Shown here: positions 20,731-29,527 of the stretch, one piece after another
Layout of the letters: each line of letters begins with the position of its first letter
Position numbering within the stretch: the stretch's first letter is position 1
From: Candidatus Aminicenantes bacterium
Lineage (GTDB): Bacteria; Acidobacteriota; Aminicenantia; Aminicenantales; Aminicenantaceae
Assembly (NCBI GenBank): GCA_030671065.1
Contig: DAOVAM010000002.1
Coordinates: 1-38,477 of the forward strand
Direction of reading: 5' to 3'
DNA: 38,477 bases
The notes under the pieces: model-generated
The model's database searches: none
What the model was told of the DNA's origin: nothing
Seen by the model: the letters and a program-made list of their open reading frames with translations, nothing else
Position numbers and translations under genes: made by a program

Positions 20731-21735
20731 ATGAAGATTCTCACCAAAAAACTCCTTCTCCTCTCGATAGGATTCTGCATGTTGTTTTTGTGCTGCGGAG
20801 AAAAAGAAGATGGAGACATGCAGCAGGAACGTGGCAGAAGACTTCTGATAGCCGTCATTCCTAAAGGGACGACCCATGAATTCTGGAAATCCATCCATGC
20901 CGGAGCTGTCAAAGCATCCAGAGAGCTGGGTGTCGAAGTCATCTGGAAAGGTCCTCAGAAAGAGGACGACAGGGCTCAGCAGATCATCGTTGTCGAGGAT
21001 TTTATCAACAGAGGTGTTGACGGTATAGTACTGGCTCCTTTGGATGACCGGGCATTGTGCAGACCGGTTCAAGATGCAGTCCGGGAGAGCATTCCTGTAG
21101 TGATCATCGATTCCGGACTCCAGGGAGAGGATTACGTCAGTTTTGTGGCTACAGACAATTATAAGGGAGGTGTCCTGGCTGCAAAAAAAATGGAGGAGCT
21201 TCTCGGAGGAAAAGGTAAGATATTCCTGATCCGGTACCAGGAGGGATCGGCCAGTACGACGAAGAGAGAAAATGGATTTCTGGATACTCTTACAGCGGAA
21301 TTCCCGAATATATCACTCCTCGTTCAGGACCAGCATACCGGTGCGACGACAGAATCGGCGTTTCAGTTGGCTGAAAACCTCCTTGGACGGTTTCCAGAGG
21401 TCGATGGTATCTTTTGTCCGAATGAATCAAGCACTTTTGGAGTTCTTCGCGCGTTACAGGAGTCCAGGTTGGCCGGAATCGTTAAATTTGTCGGTTTTGA
21501 CAGCAGCCCAAAATTGGTGCAGGCTCTCCAACAGGGACATATCCACGCTCTTGTTCTCCAGAATCCCTTGAAGATGGGATATTTGGGTGTCAAACAGATA
21601 GTTTATCACTTGAGAGGTCATGAGATTGAGACCCTGATTGACACAGGAGTCTATCTCGCCACTCGGGAAAACATGGATGACCCTGATATCAAGGCCCTTC
21701 TTGAACCTGATTTCTCATCTTATCTGGACCGATGA
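20731..21735 (+). CDS. Sugar ABC transporter substrate-binding protein (ribose/LacI-type periplasmic binding fold), probable lipoprotein
   Basis: Signal peptide with a Cys-Cys-Gly end (LFLCCGEK). The pattern IAVIPKGTTHEFW...VDGIVLAP...ATDNYKGG is typical of RbsB-like binding proteins. Confidence 0.82.
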   Translation: MKILTKKLLLLSIGFCMLFLCCGEKEDGDMQQERGRRLLIAVIPKGTTHEFWKSIHAGAVKASRELGVEVIWKGPQKEDDRAQQIIVVEDFINRGVDGIVLAPLDDRALCRPVQDAVRESIPVVIIDSGLQGEDYVSFVATDNYKGGVLAAKKMEELLGGKGKIFLIRYQEGSASTTKRENGFLDTLTAEFPNISLLVQDQHTGATTESAFQLAENLLGRFPEVDGIFCPNESSTFGVLRALQESRLAGIVKFVGFDSSPKLVQALQQGHIHALVLQNPLKMGYLGVKQIVYHLRGHEIETLIDTGVYLATRENMDDPDIKALLEPDFSSYLDR

Positions 21736-23243
21736 TTCAGAATCCATCCCTTCCGCTCCTCCTTCAGATGAAAAATATCCGGAAGAACTTCGGGGCAACT
21801 CTCGCCCTGGATGAGGTCGATTTTGACCTCAAGAAGGGAGAAGTTCATGCTTTGATCGGGGAAAACGGAGCGGGCAAGAGTACTCTGGTCAAAATATTGA
21901 GCGGTGCCCTTAGGGCCGATAAAGGGAAAATGTCTTTAGAGAATGTCTCCTATTCTCCTTCCAGCCCGCTTGATGGACGAAGGAGAGGCGTTTCCATGAT
22001 CTACCAGGAGCTCAATCTTGCTCCTCATCTCACTGTAGAAGAGAATATCATGCTCGGAAAAGAACTCCATTCGTGGGGTTTTTTGCGTCAAAGGGAAATA
22101 AGGGAAAAAGTTAGAGAGGCTCTGGAATTTGTTCATCATCCAGAAATATCGCTGGATATTCCAGTGGGAAAATTGAGCATCGGAGCAAGGCAGGTTGTGG
22201 AGATAGCGCGGGCCCTCATGAGCAGGGCATCTGTTCTTATCATGGACGAGCCCACAAGCTCTCTTTCCCAGGAGGACAGCGACCTTCTCTTCCAGATCAT
22301 AAGAAGACTCAAAGAGCAAGGGGTGAGCATCATTTATATCAGTCATTTTCTTGAGGAAGTGCAAGAAATTGCAGACAGGTTTACAGTGTTGAGGGATGGA
22401 AAAACAGTCGGTTCAGGAGAAATGAAGAATGTATCTCTGGAGGAACTCATCCAGATGATGGTCGGACAGAAGGTGGATGAGATGTTTCCCCGGATTGAAC
22501 ATGAGGTCGGCGATTTACTGCTCTCACTGGACAAACTGAAGGGAAAAAAGATGCATGCTGAAGTGAATCTCAGCTTGCATCGCGGTGAAGTTGTCGGGCT
22601 AGCGGGTTTGATCGGTGCGGGAAGAACGGAGTTGATGAGGACGATATTTGGCCTGGATGCGGTCGTGAATGGTTCTGTAAAAGTTGCCTCTGTCTCAACG
22701 CCCATAGGTTCTCCATGGCTGAGAATTCGTCAGGGCATGGGGTATCTCAGCGAGGATAGACAGGGAGAGGGTTTAGCCTTATCCTGTTCTTTGGCAGACA
22801 ATCTAACCTTGAGTCATTTTAATCCTTACAGTCGTTTTGGATTTCTTGGGCTAAAAAAGAGAAGAGAAGCTATTCAAGGATGGATCCAGAGAATGAAAAT
22901 TAAGGCACGGGATTCAGATCAGGCAGTTTTGAGTTTATCGGGTGGCAATCAACAAAAGGTTGCTCTGGCCCGGTTGCTTCACCAGGAGGCAGATATTCTT
23001 CTCCTGGATGAGCCGACTCGTGGCATCGACGTTGCCAGTAAATCTCAAATTTATGAATGGATAGGTCAACTGGCATCCCTTGGGAAAACGATTCTGTTTG
23101 TCAGTTCTTATTTTCCAGAACTTCTGGGCATCTGCGACAGGATCGCCATTTTCCACCGGGGTCGACTTGTAGACATCCGAGATTACTCCGATTGGACTGC
23201 GCAGAATATGATGGCTGCTGCCACAACGGGAAGGGTGGTTTAG
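21732..23243 (+). CDS. Sugar ABC transporter ATP-binding protein, tandem ABC domains (RbsA-like)
   Basis: Walker A GENGAGKST, signature motifs LSIGARQ and LSGGNQQK, Walker B LIMDEPT and LLLDEPT. 503 aa, with a 4-nt overlap with the upstream gene. Confidence 0.92.
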   Translation: MIQNPSLPLLLQMKNIRKNFGATLALDEVDFDLKKGEVHALIGENGAGKSTLVKILSGALRADKGKMSLENVSYSPSSPLDGRRRGVSMIYQELNLAPHLTVEENIMLGKELHSWGFLRQREIREKVREALEFVHHPEISLDIPVGKLSIGARQVVEIARALMSRASVLIMDEPTSSLSQEDSDLLFQIIRRLKEQGVSIIYISHFLEEVQEIADRFTVLRDGKTVGSGEMKNVSLEELIQMMVGQKVDEMFPRIEHEVGDLLLSLDKLKGKKMHAEVNLSLHRGEVVGLAGLIGAGRTELMRTIFGLDAVVNGSVKVASVSTPIGSPWLRIRQGMGYLSEDRQGEGLALSCSLADNLTLSHFNPYSRFGFLGLKKRREAIQGWIQRMKIKARDSDQAVLSLSGGNQQKVALARLLHQEADILLLDEPTRGIDVASKSQIYEWIGQLASLGKTILFVSSYFPELLGICDRIAIFHRGRLVDIRDYSDWTAQNMMAAATTGRVV

Positions 23244-23246
23244 ACA

Positions 23247-24242
23247 ATGATCAAGAAGAATATTCCAGGACTGCAGATAAGAGAGAAAACGAGGATACAG
23301 CATTTAATCAGCTGGCTGGCTCCGTTTTTAGGGCTCATACTCGTCCTAGTCATATTTTCTCTTATGCCCGAAGTACAAGATAGATTCCTGCGAATCTCAA
23401 ACTTCAAGAGCGTCGCCACGCAGTCCGTGATCGTTGCCCTTGGAGCATTGGGTATGACTTTGATCATCATCAGTGGCGGAATCGACCTCTCTGCAGCATC
23501 GAACATAGCACTTTCCAGTGTTATAGTGGCTTTTGCCATAAATGCGGGAATCCCGCCTGTTTTTGCGGTGCTGTGTGGAGTTTTGACGGGAGGTTTTGTA
23601 GGGTTTGTCAACGGAAGCCTTATCACTTCCCTGAGGTTGGTCCCTTTCATCGTCACTCTGGGTATGTTGGGTATTGCCAGAGGGATTGCGAAATGGACTG
23701 CGGGAAACCAGAAAATTGATGCGCCTTTGAGCTGGGTAAACGAACTCATGGCCAGGCATCCCAGCCCATCCTGGCTTCTTATGGCTCCCGGAGTCTGGCT
23801 GATGATTCTTCTGGCAGTGGTCATGGCTGTTGTTCTGCGGTATACGGTGTTTGGAAGACATGTTTTTGCTATCGGCTCGAATGAAGCCACAGCCCGGCTC
23901 TGTGGTATCCGGACGAATAGAACGAAAATAATTGTCTATTCTGTTTCCGGTCTCTTCTGCGGGCTGAGTGGAGTCATGCAGTTTTCTAGACTCACTGTGG
24001 GTGACCCCACGGTCGCCATAGGTTTAGAGTTGGATATCATTGCGGCTGTGGTTATTGGTGGTGGAAGTCTGCGCGGAGGGGAAGGAAGCATCCTCGGTTC
24101 TATGATCGGGGTGTTTATCATGGCCTTTCTCAGGAATGGAAGCACGATGATGGGATGGCCGAATTATATCCAGGAGATTATCATCGGGGCGATTATCATC
24201 GTAGCCGTTGGCTTAGACCAACTCCGCCACCGCCGCGAATAA
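23247..24242 (+). CDS. Sugar ABC transporter permease (RbsC/branched-chain-type)
   Basis: 331 aa and polytopic. Motifs GGIDLS and TLGMLGIARG are typical of RbsC-family permeases. Confidence 0.88.
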   Translation: MIKKNIPGLQIREKTRIQHLISWLAPFLGLILVLVIFSLMPEVQDRFLRISNFKSVATQSVIVALGALGMTLIIISGGIDLSAASNIALSSVIVAFAINAGIPPVFAVLCGVLTGGFVGFVNGSLITSLRLVPFIVTLGMLGIARGIAKWTAGNQKIDAPLSWVNELMARHPSPSWLLMAPGVWLMILLAVVMAVVLRYTVFGRHVFAIGSNEATARLCGIRTNRTKIIVYSVSGLFCGLSGVMQFSRLTVGDPTVAIGLELDIIAAVVIGGGSLRGGEGSILGSMIGVFIMAFLRNGSTMMGWPNYIQEIIIGAIIIVAVGLDQLRHRRE

Positions 24243-24247
24243 GGGGA

Positions 24248-25654
24248 TCAGAGAGATTTGAGGGCCTGGTCGAGGTCTGCGATGATATCGTCCGGATCTT
24301 CAGCGCCCACACAAAGCCTTATCATCTGCGGCGGAACATCGGCATTTGCCCGGGCCTCTTCACCTTGCTGAAGGTGAGTGGAGATGGCGGGAATGGTGGC
24401 GATGCTTTTGATGCGGCCTAGGTCGCCCGCCCTCATGATGAGATTGAATCTATCGAAGACTTTCCTTGCGTTTTGAGGAGGGCCGTCCACTCGAAAACTG
24501 AGCAGGTGTCCGTAACGATTGATTTCATTGTCTTTGCCATCGTCAGAGTCCACGAGCTTCATGTATTTTTTCGCCAAGGGATGATAAAGGAAACTTTCCA
24601 GTCCGAGATAATCGACCTGGTAGACACAGGGATGATGGCTGAGGAATTCGGCCACTCTCTCTGAATTCTGACTCAATAAGTCCATCCTGGATCGGAGCGT
24701 CCGCAGGTCGTTCAAGGCGAGAAAGGCGTTCATCGGAGATGCGGCAGGCCCGCTATCCCGGAAAGGAAGAAACTTGACATACTCGGCAAAACTTTCTTTG
24801 AAAATAGGGTTGTCGTTTTTTATCTTGGTGACGATGGGTTTTCGACTGATCAATGCCCCACCCATTGCCAGTCCGCTAGCGGTAATGCTTTTCGTCAAAG
24901 AATGGATAACAATGTCAGCACCGTAGGCAAAGGGACGCATCAATGCAGGAGTGGCGCAGGTGGAATCGATGATGAAGGGAATGTCCCAGGAATGGGCCAG
25001 GTCGGCAAGGGCTTTGACATCGCAGAAAGACAGTTGCGGATTGCTGGGAGCTTCTGAGAACAGAAAACGGGTGTTCTCGTCGATTTTCGCCTTCCATTCC
25101 TCTATGTTTTCGGGATGCTGAACCCAGCGCACTTCTATGCCTCTCTCCTGCATCTTTCTCACGGAAAAATGCTGGAAAGTGCCGCCGTAAATCTGGATGG
25201 AGGAGACGAAGTTCATTTTTTCAGGGCCCTCCTTCTGCTTGACCAGAAAACAATCCACTGCCAGCATGAGAGCGGACATTCCAGAGGCAGTCACAAGGCA
25301 TGATGTGTCGCAGCCAGTCTGGTATCCTTCAAGCAAAGCAAGAGCCCATTCCAGATAATAGGTGGTCGGGTTGGCGAAGCGAGTGTAGCACCAGGTCGGG
25401 ATCAGGTAGGCGAGCGCTGCTTCCATCTCGTCTGAGTCCTGGTAGGCTTGGGCCGTGGATAGAAAAAGGGGCTCGATCACAGAACCCTGATTCAAGTTTA
25501 ACGCTTCCTCGACAGTGTAAAGCCCATGGACGGCTATCGTGTCAAATTTAAAATTTTTGATTCGCTCCAGGGATCTCTTTTTTCGGTCTAAGAATTTCTC
25601 GGCTTCCTTAATGTATTTCTTTACACCCGGGCTGTACTTTTGCTCATCACTCAT
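24248..25654 (-). CDS. Cys/Met-metabolism PLP-dependent enzyme, O-acetylhomoserine sulfhydrylase / gamma-lyase-like
   Basis: FDTIAVHG...YTRFANPT...VTASGMSA and the PLP-lysine context HSLTKSITASG. At 468 aa it carries an N-terminal extension of about 35 aa relative to typical MetY. It is the last gene of a six-gene same-strand cluster. Confidence 0.8.
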   Translation of the reverse strand: MSDEQKYSPGVKKYIKEAEKFLDRKKRSLERIKNFKFDTIAVHGLYTVEEALNLNQGSVIEPLFLSTAQAYQDSDEMEAALAYLIPTWCYTRFANPTTYYLEWALALLEGYQTGCDTSCLVTASGMSALMLAVDCFLVKQKEGPEKMNFVSSIQIYGGTFQHFSVRKMQERGIEVRWVQHPENIEEWKAKIDENTRFLFSEAPSNPQLSFCDVKALADLAHSWDIPFIIDSTCATPALMRPFAYGADIVIHSLTKSITASGLAMGGALISRKPIVTKIKNDNPIFKESFAEYVKFLPFRDSGPAASPMNAFLALNDLRTLRSRMDLLSQNSERVAEFLSHHPCVYQVDYLGLESFLYHPLAKKYMKLVDSDDGKDNEINRYGHLLSFRVDGPPQNARKVFDRFNLIMRAGDLGRIKSIATIPAISTHLQQGEEARANADVPPQMIRLCVGAEDPDDIIADLDQALKSL

Positions 25655-25682
25655 GGTTCTTCACCTCAATGAGTAGAATGTG

Positions 25683-26912
25683 TTATGTCTTTTTTTTGGC
25701 GCGGTATTTTTTGATGACAGAACTCAGTCTTCTGACTCCTTCGACGATTTCCTTTTTTGTTGGGAAGGAAAAATTAATCCTCATGGAGTTGTATCTTTTG
25801 AATCCTTCTGGATAGAAGACTTCTCCTGGGACGAAAGCCACCTTCTCCTCGATGGCCATGTGAAAAAGGTCGAGAGTGTTTATCTCCTCAGGCACTGTTA
25901 TCCAGAGGAACAATCCGCCCTCGGGTTTTGTCCACTTGACGCCCATATCCTCGGGAAAATTTTCTTCCATGGCCTTAAGAAAGAAATTTAATTTTTCTGA
26001 ATAATACTTCCTTGTCTTCTGGAAATGAGTATCCAGGTCATACTCCTGCAAGAATGTTCTGCAGATATTCTGATTTAGCTTGGGTGTGTTGAGGATATTG
26101 GCACCCTTTATGAAGGCAAACTTTTTGACGACTTCTGGTGGACCGATGTTGAATCCGACTCGAATGCCGGGACACAGTATTTTAGAAAAGGTGTACAATC
26201 CGATCACATGGCCTTGATTCTTATCCAATGAATATATAGAAGGGAGGTGTTCACCTCTGTATCTCAATTCTCTGTAAGGGCTGTCTTCGACTACGGGAAT
26301 CTCAAACTTTTTGCCCAATTCAAGGAGTGCGAGTCTTTTCTCGAGGCTTGTGGTGATTCCAGAAGGATTCTGAAAATCTGGGATAACATAGATGAATTTC
26401 GGTTTTTTCCCTTTTTTATCAATATAATCCTCGATTCCTGCCTTCATTCCGTTCACATCTGTTCCATCCTCTTCAATGTCTCTGGCAACATATTGAGTGT
26501 CTTCGAGTTCAAAAGCAGCCAGGGCTCCTCCGAACGTGGGCAGGTCTATGACGATGGCATCTTGGGGATTGAGGAACAATCTTCCAACCAGGTCCAGGCC
26601 GTGCTGTCCGGAGGTCGTGATCATGATGTTTTCCGGTTCGATATGGATGTCGTCTTCTTTAAGATAGTCTATGACGGCCTCCATCAGATCCCTTTCTCCT
26701 GGAATGGGAGAGTATTGAAGCACATGCGTCCAGTCCTCTTTGAGAGACTTTTCTGTCGCTTTCTTCACTATATCCAGTGGAAAGACATCGCTGCTGGGCA
26801 GACCCCCGGCAAAAGAGATGACGTTGGGATCGTTCAAATACCCGAGCATCTTTCCGATAGCATACCCTTCGAATTCCTTCATGATGTTGGCGAATAATGA
26901 TTCCATGTTCAA
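25683..26912 (-). CDS. Class I/II PLP-dependent aminotransferase
   Basis: DFQNPSGIT (NPxG motif) and the PLP-lysine context YTFSKILCPGIRVGF. 409 aa. Confidence 0.85.
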   Translation of the reverse strand: MNMESLFANIMKEFEGYAIGKMLGYLNDPNVISFAGGLPSSDVFPLDIVKKATEKSLKEDWTHVLQYSPIPGERDLMEAVIDYLKEDDIHIEPENIMITTSGQHGLDLVGRLFLNPQDAIVIDLPTFGGALAAFELEDTQYVARDIEEDGTDVNGMKAGIEDYIDKKGKKPKFIYVIPDFQNPSGITTSLEKRLALLELGKKFEIPVVEDSPYRELRYRGEHLPSIYSLDKNQGHVIGLYTFSKILCPGIRVGFNIGPPEVVKKFAFIKGANILNTPKLNQNICRTFLQEYDLDTHFQKTRKYYSEKLNFFLKAMEENFPEDMGVKWTKPEGGLFLWITVPEEINTLDLFHMAIEEKVAFVPGEVFYPEGFKRYNSMRINFSFPTKKEIVEGVRRLSSVIKKYRAKKKT

Positions 26913-26946
26913 CCTTGATAAATTAAAATTTTTACCATTCGTGTTT

Positions 26947-27318
26947 TTAGTCTGCTGGGTCTTTTTTCACATTGTACCGCGCCGGATCGTCAAAGAGATC
27001 GATCACAAAAACCCTTGTGAGAAAAGTCGCCGAATGCACGACTCCGGCAGGGATATAATACCAGTCTCCTTTTCGGTAGACCTTTGTTTCCTCTCCGATC
27101 GTTAACTTCATCTTCCCGTCGATCACCATCCCCCACTGGGCGCAGTGGGAATGGGGAGGTACCACTCCCGCGGGTTCGATGTCGAAAAACACGACCTGTT
27201 TGTCGGGGCTTTGGTGAGCCCACGCTCTTATTCCCTCAAAAGGAATATCGACTTCTGGAAGTCCTCTTATTACATCGGGGTAGGGAGTCCCTTCCCATTC
27301 TTTTTTTTGATTCTTCAT
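26947..27318 (-). CDS. Small cupin-domain protein
   Basis: Cupin motifs PPHSHCAQWGMVIDG and YYIPAGVVHS. I prefer the start at ATG 27318, which has an AGGAAGGA Shine-Dalgarno 5 nt upstream. The ORF is open to 27342. Confidence 0.75.
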   Translation of the reverse strand: MKNQKKEWEGTPYPDVIRGLPEVDIPFEGIRAWAHQSPDKQVVFFDIEPAGVVPPHSHCAQWGMVIDGKMKLTIGEETKVYRKGDWYYIPAGVVHSATFLTRVFVIDLFDDPARYNVKKDPAD

Positions 27319-27381
27319 TCTGATCCTTCCTTTCAAATTCATAGGGATACGGAGATGAACATCCCTGTGAACTCAATTTGA

Positions 27382-28173
27382 TCAATACAAACCTTTGATG
27401 AAGCCTCCGTCGACTTGAAGAGCAACGCCTGTGATATAACCCGCCCCTTCCGAAGCGAGGAAGGTGACTGCATGAGCGATCTCCTCAGGCGTTCCCAGCT
27501 TCCCCAAGGGGATGGCTTTTTCAATATTGGAGTAGAAGTCCTTGACCGTTCCTTCTCCGCTGGCTTCGAAGGATTTAGCCAAGTTATCCACCCTTTCTGT
27601 GTTTATATACCCAGGGCAGACCGAATTCACGGAGATTCCAAGGGGTGCCAGCTGGTTTGAGAGGGATTTTGAAAAGCCCGTGATCCCTGCCCTAGAAGTG
27701 TTGGAGAGGATCAGGTTATCGATGGGCTGTTTGGCTGAGATTGAGGTCATGTTAATGATCCTTCCCCATTTCTGCTTCTTCATGTGAGGCATAACTTCAT
27801 AACAGAGGATGATCGTGCTCATGAGATTGAGATCGAGTGCAGCTCTGTAGTCACTCGGCGAAAACTCCTCCGCCATTCCAGATCGAGGGCCTCCGGCATT
27901 GCAGACTAAAATATGAATTGTTCCGAATTCATCGATGATCCGTTCGACCATCTGGTTGACCTGCTCTCTATCTGTGACATCTGCGATGAACGCTTTGACC
28001 TCATGCCCGGTTTCTGAAGTTATGTCATCCCTGGTTTTGAAAAGCCTTTCCCTGTTTCTTGCGCATATCACAACCTTTGCTCCTTCCCTGGAGAGCCCAA
28101 AGGCGATGGCTCTCCCAAGACCCTTGCTCGATGCCGCCACAAGGGCCACTCTATCCTTGATTCCTAAATCCAT
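27382..28173 (-). CDS. SDR-fold oxidoreductase lacking the canonical YxxxK dyad
   Basis: Rossmann motif VAASSKGLGRA, NAGG, and C-terminal LQVDGG. Where FabG-type SDRs carry YAAAK, this protein reads SNTSR. Confidence 0.8.
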   Translation of the reverse strand: MDLGIKDRVALVAASSKGLGRAIAFGLSREGAKVVICARNRERLFKTRDDITSETGHEVKAFIADVTDREQVNQMVERIIDEFGTIHILVCNAGGPRSGMAEEFSPSDYRAALDLNLMSTIILCYEVMPHMKKQKWGRIINMTSISAKQPIDNLILSNTSRAGITGFSKSLSNQLAPLGISVNSVCPGYINTERVDNLAKSFEASGEGTVKDFYSNIEKAIPLGKLGTPEEIAHAVTFLASEGAGYITGVALQVDGGFIKGLY

Positions 28174-28209
28174 TCTTTACTCCTGTTGTTGGTGTTTCAT
28201 GAGGAATGA

Positions 28210-29445
28210 TCAGTTTTTGTAAGAAACTTGCGCGAATCTGGTCTCATGTCCCCTTCTCATGATTTCTTTGGCGTCTTTATCACACCTAATGCACTTATGG
28301 TATATCACATCTCCGATCTTTTCGGCTAATTCGTTTCTCTCTTCATCCGAGAGGAAATAGGCCTCCATGGTGTCATAAGGTCGGGATTCTCCGTCACTCT
28401 CGTATTTTATAGTCAGATCTCTTCCTGCATCGAGGACTTTGAATGCGCTCTCGGTCCAGTTGAAATCGGCCATGCCCAAATCAGGATTGATGCGGAGATG
28501 GGCGGCGAGATAGATCTTCGGTAGGCCAGAAGATTGAATTTCATCGAAACACTGGATAAAAGTTTCTGGGGTGGCGGCATTTCCTATGTTGATCTCGTAG
28601 ACCGGGGTCGTGCCGTCGTCACGGAGGTACTCTTTGAAGATGTTGAGCAGCATCCGGAGCTGAATCGTGTTGTGTGTGGAGAGGAGCATGGATCTTTTGA
28701 AAGAGAGATTGGGGATTTCTCGGGCGTAGTAGCATGCGGCCACTATGGTCGACCAGCTCGGATTCAGGAAGAAATTTGCGCCAGTTGTCACGGCAGCCCT
28801 GGTGATTCCATCAAGGTAAACAAGATGATTATTGTTTCCAACCTCGACTCCTCCAAGGTTGCCATAGGCTGTTCCCATGTTTTTCAGGACTATCCGGCTC
28901 ATTCCATTCCCTATGTCAGTCCTTTCAAACTTCTCTCCTGTCACTTTTTCTATCCTTTGGAAACGTTCTTCCGGGAGGGGAGTCCCGATGAGGTTTGTGG
29001 AGCAGAATTTGCTGGCTCCCAAAATGTTTTCAGCCATGGCAAGGGTTGAAAGAAGGTCACCACTATAAACGTAGTTTTCGGTCAATCCCACGACAGATAT
29101 CATTTCATTCGGAAAAAGTACATCCCCATTCGCAGCGACTCTTCTCATGCAATCAAACGTGGGATGGGCTGCCTGAAACCCAGAAACTTGAGTGGTGCAT
29201 GTTCCTTTTTTGGTTACGTGGATTCCATTCTTCTCAACAAAATCATCGACTTTAGCAAAGTTTTTTGCGTGCTTTTCGGCCTTTTCCAGCATCTCACCGA
29301 ACCCTTTTTCTCCAGCGATTCTTTTCCGTGTGTCGTAATTTTTCATGGATTCAATCCGTTTGGAGATCTCTTGTGCACCTCCGTAAGAATCCAATAAGGC
29401 GGCCATGGCCTTGAGATCTTTATCGCTCAAAAGTTTAAAGTGCAT
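28210..29445 (-). CDS. Hypothetical protein, 411 aa, no family recognised
   Basis: Long ORF with a GGAGGT Shine-Dalgarno, embedded in the operon with short gaps to both neighbours (82 nt upstream, 36 nt downstream). It has soluble-protein composition. I see no Rossmann, P-loop, radical-SAM CxxxCxxC or PLP-lysine signature. Confidence 0.75.
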   Translation of the reverse strand: MHFKLLSDKDLKAMAALLDSYGGAQEISKRIESMKNYDTRKRIAGEKGFGEMLEKAEKHAKNFAKVDDFVEKNGIHVTKKGTCTTQVSGFQAAHPTFDCMRRVAANGDVLFPNEMISVVGLTENYVYSGDLLSTLAMAENILGASKFCSTNLIGTPLPEERFQRIEKVTGEKFERTDIGNGMSRIVLKNMGTAYGNLGGVEVGNNNHLVYLDGITRAAVTTGANFFLNPSWSTIVAACYYAREIPNLSFKRSMLLSTHNTIQLRMLLNIFKEYLRDDGTTPVYEINIGNAATPETFIQCFDEIQSSGLPKIYLAAHLRINPDLGMADFNWTESAFKVLDAGRDLTIKYESDGESRPYDTMEAYFLSDEERNELAEKIGDVIYHKCIRCDKDAKEIMRRGHETRFAQVSYKN

Positions 29446-29527
29446 TTTTGATTACCTCCGTGACAGACATTTTTAATTTCGAGGCTCTTTTCAATTTTTG
29501 CTTCTTCAAATTTTCCTGTTTTTAAAT

